DNA of 64,000 bases from Candidatus Omnitrophota bacterium (lineage in GTDB: Bacteria; Omnitrophota; Omnitrophia; Omnitrophales; Aquincolibacteriaceae). The notes under the pieces were generated by a model. That model was not told the DNA's origin. It searched no databases and saw only the letters and a list, made by a program, of their open reading frames with translations. The stretch covers positions 136,572-200,571 of the forward strand of contig JAKLFP010000005.1 in assembly GCA_022711115.1 (NCBI GenBank), in the 5' to 3' direction. This document shows positions 61,801 to 64,000 of the stretch, piece by piece; the stretch's first letter is position 1; each line of letters opens with the position of its first letter. A program made the position numbers and the translations under genes.

Positions 61801-64000
61801 TTGGGATGCTGAAATCATGAAGCAATTCAAAGCGATGTTTAGCAGAATGCTTGGCGCCAATTTGCCGGTTGGAACAGATATCACTATGCATACGCGCCTG
61901 AGGGAAGATCTGGGGATGGATGCGGATGGTTCGACAGACGATTTCAGCTTCTTTTTGCCCGATGCACTTGTGGGCACATTTAATCTTAACGTTCCGCAAA
62001 GTGAAATAAACCGCTGGCAGACGGTGGGCGATGTTTTCAACTATGTCAAAGGTCAACTTATCCGCTCTGGGGTGAGGCATAGAGGGTTATTGCCGGAACC
62101 GTGGCAGCGGATTACTCATGAATCGTTAGACAAGATCCGGCCAGGAACGGTTATTTATCATTGGATCGGATCACGGAGCACATTTGAATATTTAGGCCGT
62201 TCCGCGGACGAAAAGTTCTGGCTGATTGCGTTAAATCAAGATAGGCAGAGGATGCAGGGCGCTCGGCCCGTTGCAGTGGAAAGTCGCGAATTGATAGGGG
62301 GGTCTTTCTTGCAGACTGGCCTTTCCCGTTCCGAAACAGAGACCGGAGTTTGGGTTCCTTTAGATGCAGATAAAAAGGGAGCCTTGATTATTCCAAAGGG
62401 CAGTCGTGTGCGGAAGGGAGAAAGAGAGTACACGGTTACCGAACGGATTGCATCCGGCGCATCCGGGAAAGTGGAGTTCACTTATGGCTTAAAGGAGTAT
62501 CCGGCCACTTCGAGGCCGACAACCGCTCTTGGGTTGACGGAGATGGTGAGGGCTGGCTACGAGCTTTTCATTCCTTTTGTAAATGTTGAAGAGCTAAAAA
62601 CTTCGGAAGTCATTCATTCCGAGGTGCGGATTACCGGATCAAAACCCGGTTTTGAATCTCGCGGCCCCGAAGCCGAAAACCGGGTTTTGGATTCCCGCTC
62701 CGAGGTGAGGACTGCAGGACCGACGTTCCAGGGAGTGAATCTTTTTAAGGTGGTTTTTGGAAATTCAGCAAACACAAATTTGGCAATATTGCAGGAAGCC
62801 GTCAAAAAAAATTCGCCCCAAAGTCCCCAAATAAGCAAGGCAATACATGACGTAGCTCCATCGGTTTCCAAGAGAAAATTGCCGCTTCCTTCCGGAAATT
62901 TGACAGCATTCTCATTTGATGACGGGGTTCTTGAGCGGGTTTATGTTGCGGCCGATAAAGGGCAGCTAACGATTACTCAAATACTCGAATCGATTCTCAT
63001 GCCCGAGTCGAATAAATCGATGGTCTTGCAAGTCAGTAACAAGGGCGCGTTGCTTACTTTTTACCGGGTTGAGGGCGAATCGCCGATGGTGCAGCCGTTT
63101 TTCAAAAAGCTGAATCTTGCTTTGATTCGGGAAGTGGAAGTAATACCTGCACAGCCGGGCGGGTATCCTTCGATGATCTTAAAGACCTCACGGAGGCAAA
63201 GTCCTGAACTTCAAAGGTGGATCACCGCATTTCAACAGGCGCAGCGACAGGACGATTTCAGGGTGAGCGTGCTGATCCAGGCTGTGCAATCCACGCGACG
63301 TTCCGAGGCGCGAATTATCGGATCAAAACCCGGTTTTGAATCTCGCGGCCCCGAAGCCGAAAACCGGGTTTTGGATTCCCGCTCCGAGGTGAGGGCCATG
63401 GAAGAAGTCAGGGTCCTTGTTGCCGATAAGCCGGAAAGCGGGATGGCGGGATTAGAGAAGCTTATTGAAGGGTTTGGAAAAAACGCGAAGCTTGTGGGGC
63501 TTGCGGGGGTCGGTAAAGATGAAGCTCAACTCCGCAAGACGATTGAAGAAAACCATCCGACGATCGTGACAATCCGCGGTGTGACGAAGGCTTTCAAAAA
63601 CCCTGAATTTGTAAAATGGGCGGGCACGCAGGGCGTCCGCGCCATCATCCGCTACGGCGCCGGTGTTGACAATGTGGACCAACCTGCTGCAAAAGAAGCG
63701 GGCATCTCGGTCATCCCGACGTTTGGCAACGCCAACTCCGTCGCTAATTTTTCACTCCGTTTTTTAATCGCCGCTTTGAATCTCTCGGAACCGGAAGAAC
63801 AGGGGCCTGTGAAGGATCTTTCGGTAGAGGATCAATGGAAAGATGTTCTGGATGTGCCGTTGAGCGACATTGAGCAGGCGCTGGCAAGTTCGCTTGCAAA
63901 AGGCCGCGGAGAAATGATCAGCGGGCATCAGCAAAAAGTTTTCCGGGCGATTTCCGGCGAACGTTTGATCGCTCTTGTAAAAAAACTTGAAGGTAAAACG
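55886..64000 (+). CDS. Giant multidomain ORF (more than 2700 codons, 3' end beyond the window). It has an N-terminal signal peptide, recurring R-S-E-[V/A]-R linker motifs, a carrier-protein-like module near 61800-62050 and a D-2-hydroxyacid-dehydrogenase-like module from 63398
   Basis: I translated codon by codon from ATG 55886 to 64000 and found no in-frame stop. An in-frame TGA lies immediately upstream. Every minus-strand ORF in this span is short. The carrier-like domain reads ...REDLGMDADGSTDDFSFF.... The terminal domain reads MEEVRVLVAD...RYGAGVDNVD...AKEAGI.V..T.G.NA.SVA. Confidence 0.75.
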   Translation, partial: MIRQKTFKSFIASFTAFTFFFTSLGFNGSLFAAATMPEVSLPYQAVLGQNIRISLPQDIGKIENLKIGKSGLPVVFHIQTAHGHYQAQKQIQAILKHLDQNYGVKTALVEGSAFKLNPEILRFFPSDMDLTLKIADELTKQALVKGPELYLLDSKGSQAFGIEKAEAYRANRASFVDVLEEQKKTGQFLADMNMSIERLSSHYLSKDLRDFLKRLESFEKNQLPFEQWLSYLKEEAQKRLNVDLTQTGYQVEWPMLVRLFKVQELSRKLDKQAYQKEKDLFLKAIRSISKTTYAEIEALLNNPNLARQLPDPETSLLFEDMVRQLPRQFNYEAFPNVRYYAGCLILQSEIKAVGLMSETQKLTDLITRKLTRNKEEHKLLTLLKDHRLLQKLFALELLPADYEQILERGMTDAGWSLKPSELVKRFSPAIFQPSSNIRRVKDVAFTHIADLDILFNKAMKFYKGVKMRDALMEQMIEQRLQETGATKVAVITGGFHSGPFQDYFSNKDYTYALISPKISGADDKGHEAYIQNMIDFTFHPVKAATIESAFSADLGMNETQAASVGLSLRVARTAFVSAVREIVAHVAQDHKDAFAVLRAHFKKVFETGELAAVPQMVPIPSPATAPVLNARSEVRAEATENIDLKNAILLALISHLQLADIDRRLLDTDIVEEIQGKLTLPARRLDALFQRHKGQPILNVQGAQSVARSFDLFLRRKEEVDLYKTQFFEIPKTAYVVEVKSNPKKPVEPDIFGTDQDALREQIKFISILNHLTQPGKQNLFNKFLGHPDVQYYKTIRKVREMYKQKEGRGQNDQLVMGEIPTLATFDLFRQRLKEVLKGEEFLAEDDVKFINRLKGEIDRFIDLNDLMSELLHQAMDRDSISREDANILLYLQQVGVGVVSEEVAQAIKSDTHYVSLGAYKYGLQYNPGRAKRSGLFKGHMVGRQTETIVAESYVNDFLPLQRHLRAGKADAGLRIRELANPYPHKFASRNTVFDPIQPQVVNLEDLESLLRNLRESTPSGEPTRYRGFFNGPFAGFTIPHLHYQGFLGETKMEEALKQEGALELLGVDKNNIKHFRLNNEFFKDKAQFPLRSTIVIEGRDPEATAQAVIEILKLANDKEKLGKKKKSLPITKESLFTYNILFSDNGEFSRVYVMMNRIVLDPLNPPGSLTERNTLVYSNKEEHKERVKALKSELKKIRQKFPPLWKKHGQIEGKAEKEAYLKQEIEPLQKEYGKKVTEAIKETVILFQGRPASVEMTDLLIFGDPNQEKSFKTILESADLQRYVIDEVFNERVYPDFEDLIKKVQASLTSGAVRSEVRSPDQIRGLPTLAIPGFAKGRSEAHSSLRTESDKATVRAEMRADESRNKRPFQVVKYLEAVTEGGSVTSPESQPFHGQVGARPDAPSVHLSNRQIAGAVGKMRKTSGRSEARNESKWHELQRQIQAVVDAREAVIKGLQDDHHQAVAALHRELPGKENATARALRIELMHEDLEKAVHKINHDAGRQIEKLNVRQRQLSDSRSEVRSAVWPKDSVILKSQYETLTPPQQEVVRQVTELLDSAGSHVARYKPTVKYAELTGGSQTFRDWRDIHPGEWDLNEILAGIPLEADWQRNLIAEHFFDAFRRGYDRTKSGVMSRARGLILFQIQRQPDVEPDASVTTTVFRYFKDVLPVASDLHRKISHQETWLKRMGGSELYHLIVLIEPDPMVPYVDANRYAGILHVLALGKKAAEKLQSLLTNNPEALPYALRNSTRTAFKNTYEGFVRPTLDAAGFYRPLNVEDTAQRDFVIAQTDQPARSEARSSLSTENTTGAVRAELRDAGKLAIELSILSGLLYPEENRKPAGFQNTRLLSQLNAPLFGGILFETLRIVDQEIAKGSDAKGSAAWRKIKAAYTKELKQTINRENRSNRLLSDHQAADFLRRFTADLATARIFARSEARSSLRTESTTGAVRAEVRGMEVVKDGVPLRSEVRSWDAEIMKQFKAMFSRMLGANLPVGTDITMHTRLREDLGMDADGSTDDFSFFLPDALVGTFNLNVPQSEINRWQTVGDVFNYVKGQLIRSGVRHRGLLPEPWQRITHESLDKIRPGTVIYHWIGSRSTFEYLGRSADEKFWLIALNQDRQRMQGARPVAVESRELIGGSFLQTGLSRSETETGVWVPLDADKKGALIIPKGSRVRKGEREYTVTERIASGASGKVEFTYGLKEYPATSRPTTALGLTEMVRAGYELFIPFVNVEELKTSEVIHSEVRITGSKPGFESRGPEAENRVLDSRSEVRTAGPTFQGVNLFKVVFGNSANTNLAILQEAVKKNSPQSPQISKAIHDVAPSVSKRKLPLPSGNLTAFSFDDGVLERVYVAADKGQLTITQILESILMPESNKSMVLQVSNKGALLTFYRVEGESPMVQPFFKKLNLALIREVEVIPAQPGGYPSMILKTSRRQSPELQRWITAFQQAQRQDDFRVSVLIQAVQSTRRSEARIIGSKPGFESRGPEAENRVLDSRSEVRAMEEVRVLVADKPESGMAGLEKLIEGFGKNAKLVGLAGVGKDEAQLRKTIEENHPTIVTIRGVTKAFKNPEFVKWAGTQGVRAIIRYGAGVDNVDQPAAKEAGISVIPTFGNANSVANFSLRFLIAALNLSEPEEQGPVKDLSVEDQWKDVLDVPLSDIEQALASSLAKGRGEMISGHQQKVFRAISGERLIALVKKLEGKT
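59900..59965. repeat. 66-nt in-frame repeat unit (encodes RSEA[HR]SSL[RS]TE...VRAE[MLV]R), divergent copy A
   Basis: It begins CGCTCGGAGGCRCA and ends GTACGTGCYGAGNTGAGG. It has a terminal inverted repeat in which GGCACGTA pairs with TACGTGCC. Confidence 0.7.
61271..61336. repeat. 66-nt in-frame repeat unit, copy B
   Basis: It is about 90% identical to copy C at 61685-61750. Confidence 0.75.
61685..61750. repeat. 66-nt in-frame repeat unit, copy C
   Basis: It is about 90% identical to copy B. It is followed 35 nt later by another RSEVR word at 61783. Confidence 0.75.
62617..62710. repeat. 94-nt in-frame palindromic repeat unit, copy 1 (direct repeats of CCGAGGTG[C/A]GG flank an inverted repeat made of AAAACCCGGTTTT and AAAACCGGGTTTT)
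   Basis: Its 3' 72 nt are identical to copy 2 at 63301-63394. It encodes SEVRITGSKPGFESRGPEAENRVLDSRSEVR. Confidence 0.8.
63301..63394. repeat. 94-nt in-frame palindromic repeat unit, copy 2
   Basis: It is near-identical to 62617-62710 and immediately precedes the Met of the dehydrogenase-like module. Confidence 0.8.

Noticed and set aside
57776-63394. SEVR-coding word as a DNA uptake sequence (it contains the Haemophilus-USS-like AAGTGCGG) or as a diversity-generating retroelement VR/TR pair
   Set aside because: The word is confined to one gene and always sits in the same reading frame. Differences between repeat copies are not adenine-specific, and no reverse transcriptase gene is adjacent.
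56024-63682. About 25 minus-strand and off-frame ORFs of 60-240 aa listed in the ORF track across this span
   Set aside because: All lie inside the single uninterrupted + strand frame starting at 55886. They have no recognisable motifs and are typical shadow ORFs of a long coding region.
55886-64000. Reading the recurring ...GAG|GTGAGG, ...GAG|GTACGT and ...GAG|GTGCGG words as eukaryote-type or group II intron 5' splice sites
   Set aside because: The inserts are only 40-95 nt long and keep the reading frame. No group II domain V/VI structure or intron-encoded RT is visible. Every other gene in the window is bacterial. The resemblance is treated as coincidental.
55886-64000. Giant ORF as an artefact of an alternative genetic code (stop codon reassignment)
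   Set aside because: Neighbouring genes terminate normally with TAA, TAG and TGA. The giant frame contains no in-frame stop of any kind, so no reassignment is needed.

Overview
This 64 kb window is bacterial and Gram-negative-like (lpxA is present), about 48% GC, with a standard genetic code and densely packed, mostly + strand genes. Read 5' to 3' it contains:
- a multi-PAS sensor histidine kinase (5' partial), a single-domain response regulator and a photolyase/cryptochrome;
- a GAF-ANTAR RNA-binding regulator followed by a promoter and a strong intrinsic terminator in the leader of gdhA (an attenuator-type unit);
- an Rrf2(NsrR-like)-ptsI-hcp operon behind a 23-bp palindromic operator, then a radical SAM gene, nadA, ilvD, ferritin, a flavodiiron protein and a nitroreductase (redox and nitrosative stress flavour);
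- cspA, typA, a lipoprotein cyclophilin, an HI0933 flavoprotein and an NlpC/P60 hydrolase;
- a complete IscR-like-sufBCDSU-DUF59 Fe-S assembly operon;
- a tRNA-Leu(GAG) whose 3' end is copied again inside two ~100-bp direct repeats;
- manB/manC, uppP and rlmI;
- an unusual 859-aa KaiC-like (no P-loop) plus PEP/pyruvate-binding fusion protein;
- a divergently oriented class I aldolase and Zn-ADH pair, followed by nfuA;
- a four-gene membrane/LURP-one-like operon;
- trpS, scpA/scpB, an aromatic amino-acid cluster (pheA, aminotransferase, DAHP synthase, tyrA), rpsA, fabF and lpxA.

The most striking object is at the 3' end. One uninterrupted + strand reading frame runs from 55886 to beyond the window edge (more than 2700 codons with no stop) and is absent from the ORF track because it has no in-window stop. 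It encodes a signal-peptide-bearing giant protein whose domains include a carrier-protein-like module and a terminal D-2-hydroxyacid-dehydrogenase-like module that begins with its own Met. The domains are joined by at least 12 copies of an R-S-E-[V/A]-R linker motif written by a conserved ~15-nt DNA word (CGYTCSGAGGYRMGG). Several copies sit as direct repeats on either side of short palindromic inserts, which are themselves duplicated almost exactly at the nucleotide level (94-nt and 66-nt units). This looks like either a polyprotein with a recurrent processing or linker site, or gene fusion driven by in-frame miniature palindromic elements.
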